This document shows, piece after piece, positions 29,997 through 42,979 of a stretch of DNA of 64,000 nucleotides. A program made the position numbers and the translations under genes. Under the pieces are notes generated by a model that did not search any database, was not told the DNA's origin, and was given only the letters and a program-made list of their open reading frames with translations. The stretch spans positions 1,248,001-1,312,000 of the forward strand of contig OZ245033.1 in assembly GCA_965224025.1 (NCBI GenBank), read 5' to 3'. Within the stretch, counting starts at the first letter, position 1; each line of letters opens with the position of its first letter. The stretch is from Candidatus Multivorans sp. (lineage in GTDB: Bacteria; Acidobacteriota; Thermoanaerobaculia; Multivoradales; Multivoraceae).

Positions 29997-31794
29997 CTAT
30001 TCTTCGCAACTGCCGGGATCGTTCTCATCGAAGGTGAAGTTCTCGTGAGGCAGAACGTCCAGCGGATTGCGACGTACTCCGTTGCTATCGCGGTGTCCCA
30101 GGTGCAAGTGGAATCCACCTGAGCTCCCGGGTTGCGTAAAGCCCCCAGCAGCATCGTTCGTCAAGCCGTAACCGTCGTAGCCGACGATCGCCCCTGCCTC
30201 TACTTGGCCCGTAACTTGGTGATCGGGCAGATTCGACACGTGGCAGAATACAAAGTAACTCCCGTCGTCCAGCGTGAGTTGCACGTAAGGCCGCCCGCAT
30301 GAACGCTCTTGGCCCGCGACTGACGGCCTTGTCACAGTGCCCGCCGCCGGGGCACGGAACGCGCTCCGTCCGTTCGTCTGGATATCAACTCCGCTGTGAG
30401 GGTACGTAGTTCCATCGCTCCCCGTCCTCGTTGCTCCATAGCGGTCGCCAGCGTCGAGGTTCCAGCCGCGGCAGTCTATCTCGTCTGCGAGTGTTCCCAG
30501 GGCACCGTGGGTCGGTGTCGGCCCGGGAGTACCACCACCACCGCCACCTCCATCACCTCCATCGCCGCCGTCCCCAGGCCCCGGAGTCCCTCACCGGGCC
30601 AGCACCGGGCGGCGGGCCCGGGTCGTCGCCCGGATCGTCGCCCGTCACGGTGGTCACATCGACGTAGATGCCCTGACAGGTGTCTTCGATGGCGTTCCCT
30701 TCCTCGTCGGCATCGCAGATGCGGCCGACGAGTGTTGGGCCGCCAGCCAGGGGCGTCGCGACGTAGGTCACGGTCTCCGTAGCCGTCACGGTCAGGGAGT
30801 AGTCCCCGGGGCCGGGGTCGTACGGGTACACCACGACGCTGTGATTCCCCGCCGCCAGGTCGTCGCTCCAGGAGTCGTCCAGCGTGCCCCAGCGGTTCGT
30901 GCAGCGGCTGCTGCCTACACGGCAGTCGAAGTCGATCGTCAGGCCCGTCAGGGCGACCTCCACTTCGGCGGTCCCGGAGAGCGTGAAGCCGTGGGTCTGA
31001 CCGGTCGAGACGCCCGTTCTGCTCACGTCGACCAGGGTCGTAACCCTGGTTTCGGTTCCGGTGCTGCCGCCGGTGCTCGGCGCCTGCACACCGATGGTGA
31101 GCGTGTAGTTCCCCGAGCCGCCGCCGTACGGATACACCACGATCTTGTGATCGCCAGCATCGAGCGTGCCGCTCCATGAATCGTCCGCCGTGCCGCCATG
31201 GTTCGTGCAGAGATTGCCCGAAACCGGGCAGTCGAAATCGGTCGTCATTCCGGTCAACTCTATCGACACCTCGGCGCGGTGGGACAGCGTGAGCGGATAC
31301 GTCCTTGAACTCGACACGTTCACGCCCGTCTTCACGATCGGGCCGGTTGTCGGCGGCGGCGGCGGCGGTGGAGGTGGCGGCGGCGGAGGTGGCGGCGGGG
31401 GTGGCGGCGGCGGAGGTGGCGGAGGTGGCGGAGAAGCCGGGGGCCTCACGGTAGCGGTGAACGTGACTGAATCGGTCGCGCCTGCGCTGTCCGAGACGGT
31501 GTAGACGATCGTGTACGCGGTGTCGATCCAGACCGTCGGCAGAGTGCCGCTCGCAACGCGCGTCGAGGGCGAGAACGTGATCCCGGGCGGCAGCCCGGAC
31601 AGGCTGTACGTGTAAGGCGTCCTCCCGCCCGTTGCGGCGGGGAACACCGTGTTGACGACGCCCGCCGACGGCAGCCGGAAGTTGGGGATTCCCGGCAGGG
31701 ACAACGCCGTCCGGTCGGACGTTCGCGCCGAGAGAGGCGCTGTCGCGGCCAGAAGGGAAAAGAGCGACATTAGTGCGATGCCAAGGCGCTTCAC
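29997..31794 (-). CDS. Full-length polymorphic M23 protein (copy B): signal peptide, He_PIG/Ig-like domain, poly-Pro, 2x PPC-like, Gly linker, M23; frameshift near 30590
   Basis: GGAGGT RBS and GTG start at 31794; first frame stops at 30553; another frame from ~30590 gives GDGGDGGGGGGG...HSGVDIQ...FCH...HLH to the stop at 29997. Confidence 0.8.
30752..31377. repeat. ~626-bp direct repeat (copy 2)
   Basis: Near-identical to 27723-28348. Confidence 0.92.
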
Positions 31795-31820
31795 GGGTCT
31801 CACCTCCCGAGGTGAATCAC

Positions 31821-32051
31821 GAAGTAATGACGAATATCTGCACCTGTGCGGGGCAGAAATCGGCCAAAACGGCACGATTCGACCCGTGAAGAGACTCCGG
31901 GCTCGGTGGCAGCGCACGTTTCCGGCCCAGTACGGCCTCAGCTCGACCCAAAACGGCCCTCAGAACCCCCGCTCGCGTCGCGCCGCAGGCCGCCGACACC
32001 GATTCAAGGGGTTGACAAGTGCCGCTTCTCGGAAATAATCGTCATTATATG
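31821..32051. promoter_or_regulatory. Candidate invertible promoter segment bounded by inverted loxP-like recombination sites
   Basis: GTAA-tgacga-ATAT (31824-31837) and ATAA-tcgtca-TTAT (32035-32048) have reverse-complementary spacers; TTGACA (32012-32017)-16 bp-AATAAT (32034-32039) lies inside. Confidence 0.65.
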
Positions 32052-32121
32052 CTTTGTCAAGTCCAATGCCCCACTGCCTTCCGGAGCGAGCACACCTTCC
32101 GGATCAAGCGCCTGCAGGCCG

Positions 32122-33053
32122 ATGAGAAAGCTGCTCCGAAGGGCACTCACGGCAGCTAGGTTGAAGTCGCTCAAGGCAGCGTTCTCGGACTCCTACTCAC
32201 CGAACACTCACAAGGCCTACGGCCGGGCGGTCGAGCGCTTCGCCGCGTTCCTGAAGGGCCGCGCGGCAGACGACGATTCCATCGCGGCCTTTCTGAAGGC
32301 TGAGGCGGAGCGCGGTCTGGCGCCGGCGTCGCTCTCGATCCTGGCCGCCGCGATCGGCGCCGCTGCGAGCTCAGCAGGGGTCAAGGACCCGCGCGGCCCC
32401 ATCACCCGCCGAACGCTCAGGAAGCTGAAACGAAACACGCCGCCCGGGGCCGCGGTCAGGTCGAGGGCCTGAGGCGGGAAACCGTGGTCGCCGCCGCCAG
32501 CCTCGCAGCGGACGAGGGCACCGCCCTTGGCCTGCGCGACGCCGCGCTGCTGCGCCTGGGCAGCGACGGACTTCTGAGGATCAGCGAGCTGGTCGCCGTA
32601 CAGGTGGACGATCTCGGTCCGAGGGAAGACGGGAGCGGCGTCCTGGCTCTGCCCAGAAGCAAGACCGACCAGGAAGGCGACGGCTCCACCCTCTACGTCT
32701 GCCGGGAGACGATGGCGGCCGTCGCCGCGTGGCTGAAGGTCTCCGGGATCACGGCCGGTTCGCTTTTCCGCCGCGTTCTCCGGAACGGGGTCGGAGGCGA
32801 CGCACCCTTGAGCGGGTCCGCCGTGCGAGCGATCATCCAGCGGCGGGCCAGGGCCGCCGGCGCCACCGGACGCGTGAGCGGACACTCTCTGCGCGTCGGC
32901 AGCGCCCAGTCCCTGGTCGCCGCCGGCGCCTCCACCGCGGAGCTCATGCAGGCCGGAAGATGGACCGACGCCGCGATCGCGACCCGCTATGCCGCGAACG
33001 AACTGGCGGGGCGAGGCGCCGTCGCCCGCTACTTCGAGGACGACGATCCTTAG
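32122..33053 (+). CDS. Cre-like tyrosine recombinase, frameshifted at ~32433-32435
   Basis: N-terminal SPNTHKAY; second frame RGRGQ...RDAALL...LLRISE, RSKTDQ, GHSLRVG, GRW, TRY gives the R-K-H-R-W-Y set; one base is missing in an AAA run. Confidence 0.88.
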
Positions 33054-33068
33054 CCGCTTGGGCTACGA

Positions 33069-36308
<3,240 letters not shown>

Positions 36309-36601
36309 GAGCGCGCGGAGTGTACATGCAAGCTGGCCTTCCTCCGACGGAGAAGAATCTGCACAGATGTCACCGGCCGGGTAAACACTTTGGCCTCGAG
36401 TACCGTATAGTTCTCATAGAGGCGGCACCGAGTCGCCGGCGTCAAGCCCCGACTCCCGTGTCGTCACCTACCGGGTTGCGACTGGACCGCGTTCGCGGCC
36501 AGAGGAACTGCAGCCCACCCTCCGGACCGCGTCCGGACCTGCCTCAAACCTTCAACCTCCGCGTCGGCGGGTTCAACCCGACGGCGCGCGATTCACACCA
36601 G

Positions 36602-36629
36602 GGAGGGGTTGCTTTATAGCAACCCCTCC
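36602..36629. terminator. Strong hairpin (possible terminator or part of a structured RNA)
   Basis: GGAGGGGTTGCT-TTAT-AGCAACCCCTCC, 12-bp perfect stem just past the stop of the lolC/E-like gene; no clear U-tract. Confidence 0.5.
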
Positions 36630-36645
36630 TCCCAATTCAGATGAG

Positions 36646-37899
36646 CTACTCCCAGCGGAGGGCCCGCGCCGGTTCAGCCGACGCCCCCAGCCTCGCCGGC
36701 CACCAGCAGGCGAGCCCCGTCACCAGCAGGCTGAAGCCGGCCACCGCCAGCAGATCCAGGGCCCGCACGTCGAACGGAACGCTGCTGATGAAGTAGATCT
36801 CCGCCACTCCCGGATCGAACCGCACGAGTTCGTAGCGGGTGATGACCACGCTGACCAGGGCGCCGAGGCCGAGGCCGAGGGCCGTCCCAACCGCCCCCAG
36901 GCTCATCCCGCCGAGCAGAAACACGCGTTGCACGCGCCGCGGACCGAGGCCGAGCGCGGCGAGCACCGCGGTGTCCCTCCCCCGCTCCCGGACCAGGACC
37001 ACCAGCGCCGACGCAATATTGAACGTCGACACGAGCACGATCAGGCCCAGAATCAGGAACAGACCCCACTTCTGAAGCCGGAAGGCGGCGAAGGTCCCAC
37101 GGTTGCTGAGACGCCAGTCGATCACCACTGCATCGGCGCCCAGGAGTTCCTCGATGTTCTCCTGCACGTCGGACACGGAGGCGCCGGGGGTCGCGGTCAC
37201 TTCGAGCACCACCCGGCCTCCGCCGACGGCAACCGCCGTGTCCCGGTGGACGACGGCATAGCTCCGGTCGTACTCGGAGAAGCCGGTCTCGAAGGCGCCG
37301 GCGATCCGGAGCGTGCGGTAGGAGAATCGAGGTCCGGAAGAACCCGAGGCCATGATCGCCGTCAGCCGCACCAGGTCTCCTTCCGACACCCCGAGGGTGC
37401 GTTGAAGCTCACGGCCCACGACGATCGCCTCGACCCCCGCATCGCCACGGGCGAGTTGGTCCTCGGTCGCGCCGAACGACGAGGCGCCGGGCACGACACC
37501 GCGCGTCCAGACATCGACGCCCGCCGGATTGCCGCTGCTGGCGAGCGACCCCTGGCCGGCCACTGTCACGGCGACCGTCCCGGCGCCCGGCACGGCCCGC
37601 AGACGCTCAGCGATCCGGCCCGCGGCCCCCGGGTCCACGGCGGCGTCACCGAACGGCGAGACGATCAGCGGGCCCGCCTCGAGCAGCCGGCTCTGGACGC
37701 TGCCGCTGTAGCCGCTCATCAGCGCCATGGAGATGACCATGGAGGCCACGCCCAGAGCGGTCGATCCGAGAGCCGAGCGCGCCGTGCCGCTCAGCAGCCG
37801 GCTGCGCGCGCCGAGCAGATACCGCGCCGCGATCCACCAGACCACACCGTCCGCGCCGCGACCCGCCGGCGCCGCGCCCTGCCGGTCCGGGTCAGCCAC
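36646..37899 (-). CDS. LolC/LolE-family (FtsX-like) ABC permease
   Basis: IAARYL, GFSEYD, FNIASAL..LV.E; C-terminal PARALRWE. Confidence 0.85.
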   Translation of the reverse strand: MADPDRQGAAPAGRGADGVVWWIAARYLLGARSRLLSGTARSALGSTALGVASMVISMALMSGYSGSVQSRLLEAGPLIVSPFGDAAVDPGAAGRIAERLRAVPGAGTVAVTVAGQGSLASSGNPAGVDVWTRGVVPGASSFGATEDQLARGDAGVEAIVVGRELQRTLGVSEGDLVRLTAIMASGSSGPRFSYRTLRIAGAFETGFSEYDRSYAVVHRDTAVAVGGGRVVLEVTATPGASVSDVQENIEELLGADAVVIDWRLSNRGTFAAFRLQKWGLFLILGLIVLVSTFNIASALVVLVRERGRDTAVLAALGLGPRRVQRVFLLGGMSLGAVGTALGLGLGALVSVVITRYELVRFDPGVAEIYFISSVPFDVRALDLLAVAGFSLLVTGLACWWPARLGASAEPARALRWE

Positions 37900-38962
37900 A
37901 GATCTCCAGGAACTCTCCGAACAGCCGCGCCGCGTCGTGCGGTCCCGGCGCCGCCTCCGGGTGGTACTGGACCGAGAAGATCGGTCTCCCGACCGCCTTG
38001 AACGCCTCGACCGTGCCGTCGTTCAGATTGACCGCCGCCACCTTGCAGTCCCCGGGAAGGCTGTCCGCGCTGAGCGCGAAGCCATGGTTCTGGCTCGTGA
38101 TCGAGACCTGGCCGGTCTCCTCGTCCCGCACCGGCTGGTTGCCGCCGTGGTGGCCGAACTTCAATTTGAAGGTCTTGCCGCCCAGAGCCAGACCAAGCAG
38201 TTGGTGCCCCAGGCAGATGCCGAAGGTGGGCACCCTGGCCTCGACCAGTTCGCGCACCTCGCGGACGATCTCGCGTAGCGGCGCCGGATCGCCCGGGCCG
38301 TTCGACAGCACCACGCCGTCGACGCCCCTCGCCAGGCACTCGCTGGCCGGCGTGCGGGCAGGCAGCACCGTGACCCGAGCGCCGTGCCGGACCAGCGAAC
38401 GCAGGATGTTCCGCTTGACCCCGAAGTCGTAGACCGCGAGCCGGTACTTCTCCTCGCCTTCCGCCTCCATCTCGTAGGGCGCCTCGCAGGTGACTTCATC
38501 GACGAGCGCCCGCCCTTCCATCGTCGGCTGCCGCCGCACTTCCTCGATCAGCTCCGCATCCGGACGTTCGCAGCTCGTGATCATGCCCCGCATGGCGCCG
38601 AACTCGCGGAGCCGGCGCACGGCGGCACGGGCGTCGATGCCCGCCAGTGTCGGAACGCCGTTCGTCCGCAGGTAGGCGCCGAGGTCCGTGTCCCCCAGAC
38701 CGGAGCGGCGGCTCGTGAACTCGCGGGCGACGAATCCCTCGACCCAGACCCGGTGCGACTCCTCTGCGGCGTCGTAGGCGCCGTAGTTGCCGATGTGGGG
38801 CTGGGTCATGATCACGATCTGCCCGCGGTACGAGGGATCGGTCAGGATCTCCTGGTAGCCCGTCATCGAGGTGTTGAAGACGATCTCCGCGAAGCGACTG
38901 CCCTCGACCAGCGCCTCCCCGTGAAAGACGGCGCCGTCCTCGAGAATCAGACGGCCGCTCAC
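37892..38962 (-). CDS. carA: Carbamoyl-phosphate synthase small subunit
   Basis: [41 protein letters not shown]. Confidence 0.98.
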   Translation of the reverse strand: MSGRLILEDGAVFHGEALVEGSRFAEIVFNTSMTGYQEILTDPSYRGQIVIMTQPHIGNYGAYDAAEESHRVWVEGFVAREFTSRRSGLGDTDLGAYLRTNGVPTLAGIDARAAVRRLREFGAMRGMITSCERPDAELIEEVRRQPTMEGRALVDEVTCEAPYEMEAEGEEKYRLAVYDFGVKRNILRSLVRHGARVTVLPARTPASECLARGVDGVVLSNGPGDPAPLREIVREVRELVEARVPTFGICLGHQLLGLALGGKTFKLKFGHHGGNQPVRDEETGQVSITSQNHGFALSADSLPGDCKVAAVNLNDGTVEAFKAVGRPIFSVQYHPEAAPGPHDAARLFGEFLEICG

Positions 38963-39028
38963 GACGCCGGCTCAGCAGCGCGCGACCGGCCGACGCCGGC
39001 GGCCTGTGTCAAGCAAGGAAGCACCAAC

Positions 39029-39439
39029 TCACGGCCGCGGCAGCGCCGGCTCCGAGAGCTCGACCAGGACGCCGCCGGCGCTCTTCGGATGGACGAACTG
39101 AACGGTTGCGCCCATGGCACCCGGCCCGGGCCGCTCGCGCAGGAGTTCCACACCGTCCCCGCGCAGGCATCCGTCGTCCGCGTCGATGTCGTCGCTCTTC
39201 AGGCACACGTGGTGAATGCCCGGACCCCGGCGATCCAGGAACCGGGCGACCGGCGAGTCGCTCGACAGCGGCTCCAGGAGTTCGATCCGGCTGCCGCCGC
39301 AGGGAATCATCGCGACCCGCACGCCTTCGTGCTCGACCTCCTCGATTCCGGCGACCGACAGGCCCAGGTTCTCGTAGAACATCCTCGCCTCTTCAATCGA
39401 CGGTACGGCGATCGCGATGTGGTCCAGAGCGGTGATCAT
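39029..39439 (-). CDS. mce: Methylmalonyl-CoA epimerase
   Basis: DHIAIAV, IELLEP, GIHHVC, FVHPKSAGGVLVEL. Confidence 0.92.
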   Translation of the reverse strand: MITALDHIAIAVPSIEEARMFYENLGLSVAGIEEVEHEGVRVAMIPCGGSRIELLEPLSSDSPVARFLDRRGPGIHHVCLKSDDIDADDGCLRGDGVELLRERPGPGAMGATVQFVHPKSAGGVLVELSEPALPRP

Positions 39440-40482
39440 GAACGTTGTCCTCCGTGTCGCCGGAGTCCGCCGACGAACTCGGCGACCAGCCGGTCCGCAA
39501 GGTCGTAGGGATCCACACTACGCGGTCCGGTGTTTCCGGGCGCCCGATTCTGCTGCGATTCCGGCGCCCCGTCCAGAGCGGCCGGCCGGTCCGGATCCTC
39601 CGCTGCCGGGGCGAAGCTGCCGGCTTCGACGGCGTCCATGGCGAGCCGCAGCACGGAGTACCGGTACAGGTCGAGCACCCGGCGGCGGAAACGGGCCGAT
39701 CGGCGGGCGGCGATCTCACCGCCGGCCTTCAGCCCATCGAAGCACGCGGAGACCGCATCAAGCAGTTCCTCCGCCCCTTCACCTGCTCGCGCCACCGTCG
39801 AAACCACAGGCGGCCGCTCGCCCCCAACGCCGCGCTCCGGCCCGACGGCGTCCTCGATCGCGCGGCGCGCGGCGCCGGCGCCCGCCAGGTCGCTCTTGTT
39901 GACCACGAAGACATCCGCGATCTCCATCGTGCCGCTCTTGATCGCCTGGACGCTATCGCCCAGACCGGGTGCTGTCACCAGCACCACCAGGTCGGAGTTG
40001 CGGCGGACCGCGGTCTGGGCCTGCCCCGCGCCCACCGTCTCCACCAGAATCCACGGGAAACCCGCCGCGTCGAGCAGGTCGACGGCGGCGGCGGCGGCCC
40101 GCGCCAGGCCGCCGGAAGCGCCGCGCGAGGCCATCGATCGGATGAACACGCCCGGGTCCGTCTCCAGGCCGGACATGCGAACCCGGTCGCCGAGCACCGC
40201 GCCGCCGGTCAGCGGGCTGGTGGGATCGAACGCCAGCACCGCCACCGGTTCGCCTCGATTCCGGAGCTCCCGGGCCAACGCGGCCGTCAGCGTGCTTTTG
40301 CCGACTCCGGGCGGGCCCGTCAAACCAACGATCATCGCGTGGCCTGTACGCCGGAACGCGACCCTTGCCCAGGCGGCCTCGGCCCCGCTCTCGATCGCGG
40401 TCAGTGCCCGGGCGAGACGCCGGGTCCGACGCCAGGGCCGCGGTCCATCCAGCCAGGCTGCTCGTTCGCCGTCCGCGGTCAC
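39436..40482 (-). CDS. meaB: MeaB/ArgK GTPase chaperone of methylmalonyl-CoA mutase
   Basis: GPPGVGKST, DPTSP.TGGAVLGDRVRM, ETVGAGQ, NKSD. Confidence 0.92.
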   Translation of the reverse strand: MTADGERAAWLDGPRPWRRTRRLARALTAIESGAEAAWARVAFRRTGHAMIVGLTGPPGVGKSTLTAALARELRNRGEPVAVLAFDPTSPLTGGAVLGDRVRMSGLETDPGVFIRSMASRGASGGLARAAAAAVDLLDAAGFPWILVETVGAGQAQTAVRRNSDLVVLVTAPGLGDSVQAIKSGTMEIADVFVVNKSDLAGAGAARRAIEDAVGPERGVGGERPPVVSTVARAGEGAEELLDAVSACFDGLKAGGEIAARRSARFRRRVLDLYRYSVLRLAMDAVEAGSFAPAAEDPDRPAALDGAPESQQNRAPGNTGPRSVDPYDLADRLVAEFVGGLRRHGGQRS

Positions 40483-42287
40483 GATCCAAAGCGACCGATG
40501 TCGACCGCTCCGTAGTAGTGCCAGAGAATCTCGCGGTAGCTCAGACCCCGCTGCGCCATGAGGTAGGCGCCGATCTGGCACATACCGACGCCGTGTCCAC
40601 GTCCCGCGCCCTCGAACCGCCAACCCGCGACATCGCCGGCGCCGATCTCGGCCGCCATCCGGACCAGGTTCTCCGGTACGTCGAGGAGCCAGCGGATGGC
40701 GAGACCCCGAACCGCGACCGAGCGCCGTTCGCCGATCAGGTCGAGCCTTGCTATCCGGCCTGAAACGCCCCTCTCGAGCACCCTCAACGAAACCAACCCC
40801 AGGCCGGGAAAGCGCTTCTCGACCGCCTCCCGCAGCGAGCCGTGAGACCGCCACACGGACCAGGGCACAGCCATGGGTTGGCCTCCCACGGCAGGCGTCT
40901 CGTGGACCACGAGGGCTGCACGGCCGCCGACGACATAGGCCCGAACCCGGTCCCCGGGCGCCATGGAGAGCGACGCGACCGGGACGCCCAGGTCCACGGG
41001 CGTTGCGCCGGGCGGCGCTTCGGTGGTCAACAGGGCGGCCTCTGGCGCCAGGGGCACCAATCGCCGCACGCCATCCCTGCGCAGTTGCAGCCAACGGCCG
41101 TCGATCCGCTCCAGATTCCCGGCCACGACCTTGAGCGCGCCCCTGGATCGGGCCCGATTCAGGCGTTCCCTGCGCCGGCGCTCGCGCACTCCGGCCAGGC
41201 CAAGCGCCTTGAGCAGGTGCTGCTCCGGCGTTCCTCCTGCTTCCCCGACCAGCGGCACGGCGCCGCCTTCGACGCACGCGGCGCCAGTCGGCCCTCCTCC
41301 AGCCAGACGCGGGAAGACATTGTCCACCAATTCAGTGCTGCCGCCGCAACTCGCCGTGAAGAGTGCCTCTATCGGCTCGCCGGCGGCGACCAGAATCTCC
41401 TCCCGCGTTGCCGCCACCGCCGCGTCCGAGCGCGGATGCTCCGCCTCGATTCCGCCATAGACCTGGCACAGGGCCGTAGCGCAGATGTCGTAGCCCTCGT
41501 CGACGAATTCGCCGCGATGCCGCACCGCGTAGGTGCGCGCGGCGACCGCCTGCGCCTTCGTCGCTTCGGGTTCCGGGTACAGGTCCGGGCCCAGCTCGAC
41601 CGGCACCACGGCGCGCACATAGTCCTCGAGCGGAGCGGCGTTCACGACGTTGAGGCCCGCGCGATCGTTCACGAACAGTTCGAGAGCACCCCGGTAGCGG
41701 AGGCCGAGAATGCGAACGACGTCCCCGAGCGACTCGAGCCGGAGCCGCCTGCCCGCAATCCAACCGATGCCCTCGACTTCGAAGGCGGGATCCTCCAGCA
41801 CGGCGCCCTCGATCGCGATCCAAACGTCGTCGAACCCTTCGACCCGAAGCCGGCCCCGGGCCTCCTCCGCCTGGCCCCGGCCGCCGTAGCGCCCCACACG
41901 AACGCGGTACAGGCCGGTCGCGGCGTCGAGGACCGAGTCCGCCTCGTGGTCGAGCAACTCGGCGAGACGGACGGCGAGCTTCTCCGACTGCCACCGATCC
42001 CGGAGGGCCGCTACCTGGAGCCGATGGTCGCCCGGGCTCGCCCTGCCCGGCGCCGGCCGCACGCTGAAACGCCCGTCGACCTCGTGCCGTTCGCCGTCCT
42101 CGGCCACCAGCCAGGAGCGAGTCTCGCAGCAGGCAACTTCCAGACGGTCCAGGTCCGTCGCGAGTCCCACCCGGATCTCTTCCGGCAGCGCGATCGGCGG
42201 AGGCGACGTCGTCGGGCCCGGCACCGCGGCCAGCAGCAGACAGGCCGCAACGGCAAGACTGACGTTGGTCACCCGCCGCTTGATCAT
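40479..42287 (-). CDS. SpoIID/LytB-domain protein with SPOR-like domain
   Basis: Signal peptide, YRVRVGRY, KAQAVAARTY, DICATALCQVY, GRGHGVGMCQ, ILWHYY. Confidence 0.88.
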   Translation of the reverse strand: MIKRRVTNVSLAVAACLLLAAVPGPTTSPPPIALPEEIRVGLATDLDRLEVACCETRSWLVAEDGERHEVDGRFSVRPAPGRASPGDHRLQVAALRDRWQSEKLAVRLAELLDHEADSVLDAATGLYRVRVGRYGGRGQAEEARGRLRVEGFDDVWIAIEGAVLEDPAFEVEGIGWIAGRRLRLESLGDVVRILGLRYRGALELFVNDRAGLNVVNAAPLEDYVRAVVPVELGPDLYPEPEATKAQAVAARTYAVRHRGEFVDEGYDICATALCQVYGGIEAEHPRSDAAVAATREEILVAAGEPIEALFTASCGGSTELVDNVFPRLAGGGPTGAACVEGGAVPLVGEAGGTPEQHLLKALGLAGVRERRRRERLNRARSRGALKVVAGNLERIDGRWLQLRRDGVRRLVPLAPEAALLTTEAPPGATPVDLGVPVASLSMAPGDRVRAYVVGGRAALVVHETPAVGGQPMAVPWSVWRSHGSLREAVEKRFPGLGLVSLRVLERGVSGRIARLDLIGERRSVAVRGLAIRWLLDVPENLVRMAAEIGAGDVAGWRFEGAGRGHGVGMCQIGAYLMAQRGLSYREILWHYYGAVDIGRFGS

Positions 42288-42404
42288 CTGTGACCCGCTC
42301 ACTCCCATCGGTCCGCTATATACGTTATTGGAAATACGCCAAGACGGCGCTCCTCCGTTCCGGATGGGGGCCAGACCCGGGACAGCCGTGGCCGCGGTGC
42401 CGGG

Positions 42405-42638
42405 TCACTCGAAGAAGGGAGCCGAGCGCCGCGGCCGCTCGAGCACCCACGGGAAGTTGGTGTAGCCCTCCACCCGTTCTCCGGGATTGAAGACGAGGCC
42501 GTGGCCCTCCACCAGGTTGCGCGCGTGGCGGAAGCTGATGAACGCGTCGTCGCGCAGGAACCAGGCCGCCGACGCCAGCCAGGCCAGCACCACCAGCCAG
42601 GGCAGGTTGCCACCGAGAAGAGCCAGTCTCCGCGCCAT
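42405..42638 (-). pseudogene. N-terminal fragment of a GT-C-type membrane glycosyltransferase (AftB-like N-terminus)
   Basis: DDAFISFRHARNLVEGHGLVFNPGERVEGYTNF motif, then truncation after ~78 codons. Confidence 0.65.
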
Positions 42639-42979
42639 GGGGCGCATCCTAGTCGGCGGCGTCACGAGGCGACAGACGATGCTCCGGTCGCCTCCCCCGA
42701 CCCTGATCCGGGCTCGCACGAGATCGTCGGTGTAGTCGACACGGAACTGGTGGTTTCGACTCCTGCCGCCATTGGCATGGACGATGCGCCAGACGTCCGA
42801 AGTCGTCTCGAGGGGCACGAGCGCGTAGGCCCGCCACTGAATCCCCCTCGGCACGGCAAACGCCGCCCGCAGAGCGGGCCCAACTTTTGGGTCTCTTCGA
42901 GGGTCGAATCGTGCCGTTTGGCCTGCATAGAATCGGCACGGTGCGCGGCGATCCGACTCAAGCCGTCGGCAAAGAGGCG

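Noticed and set aside
27723-31377. 626-bp repeat as a diversity-generating retroelement TR/VR pair
   Set aside because: No reverse transcriptase in the window, the repeat is too long and almost identical, and there is no adenine-specific mismatch pattern
32122-33053. Prophage or integron integrase
   Set aside because: No phage genes, attC arrays or tRNA target seen; the sequence is Cre-like and sits beside inverted sites
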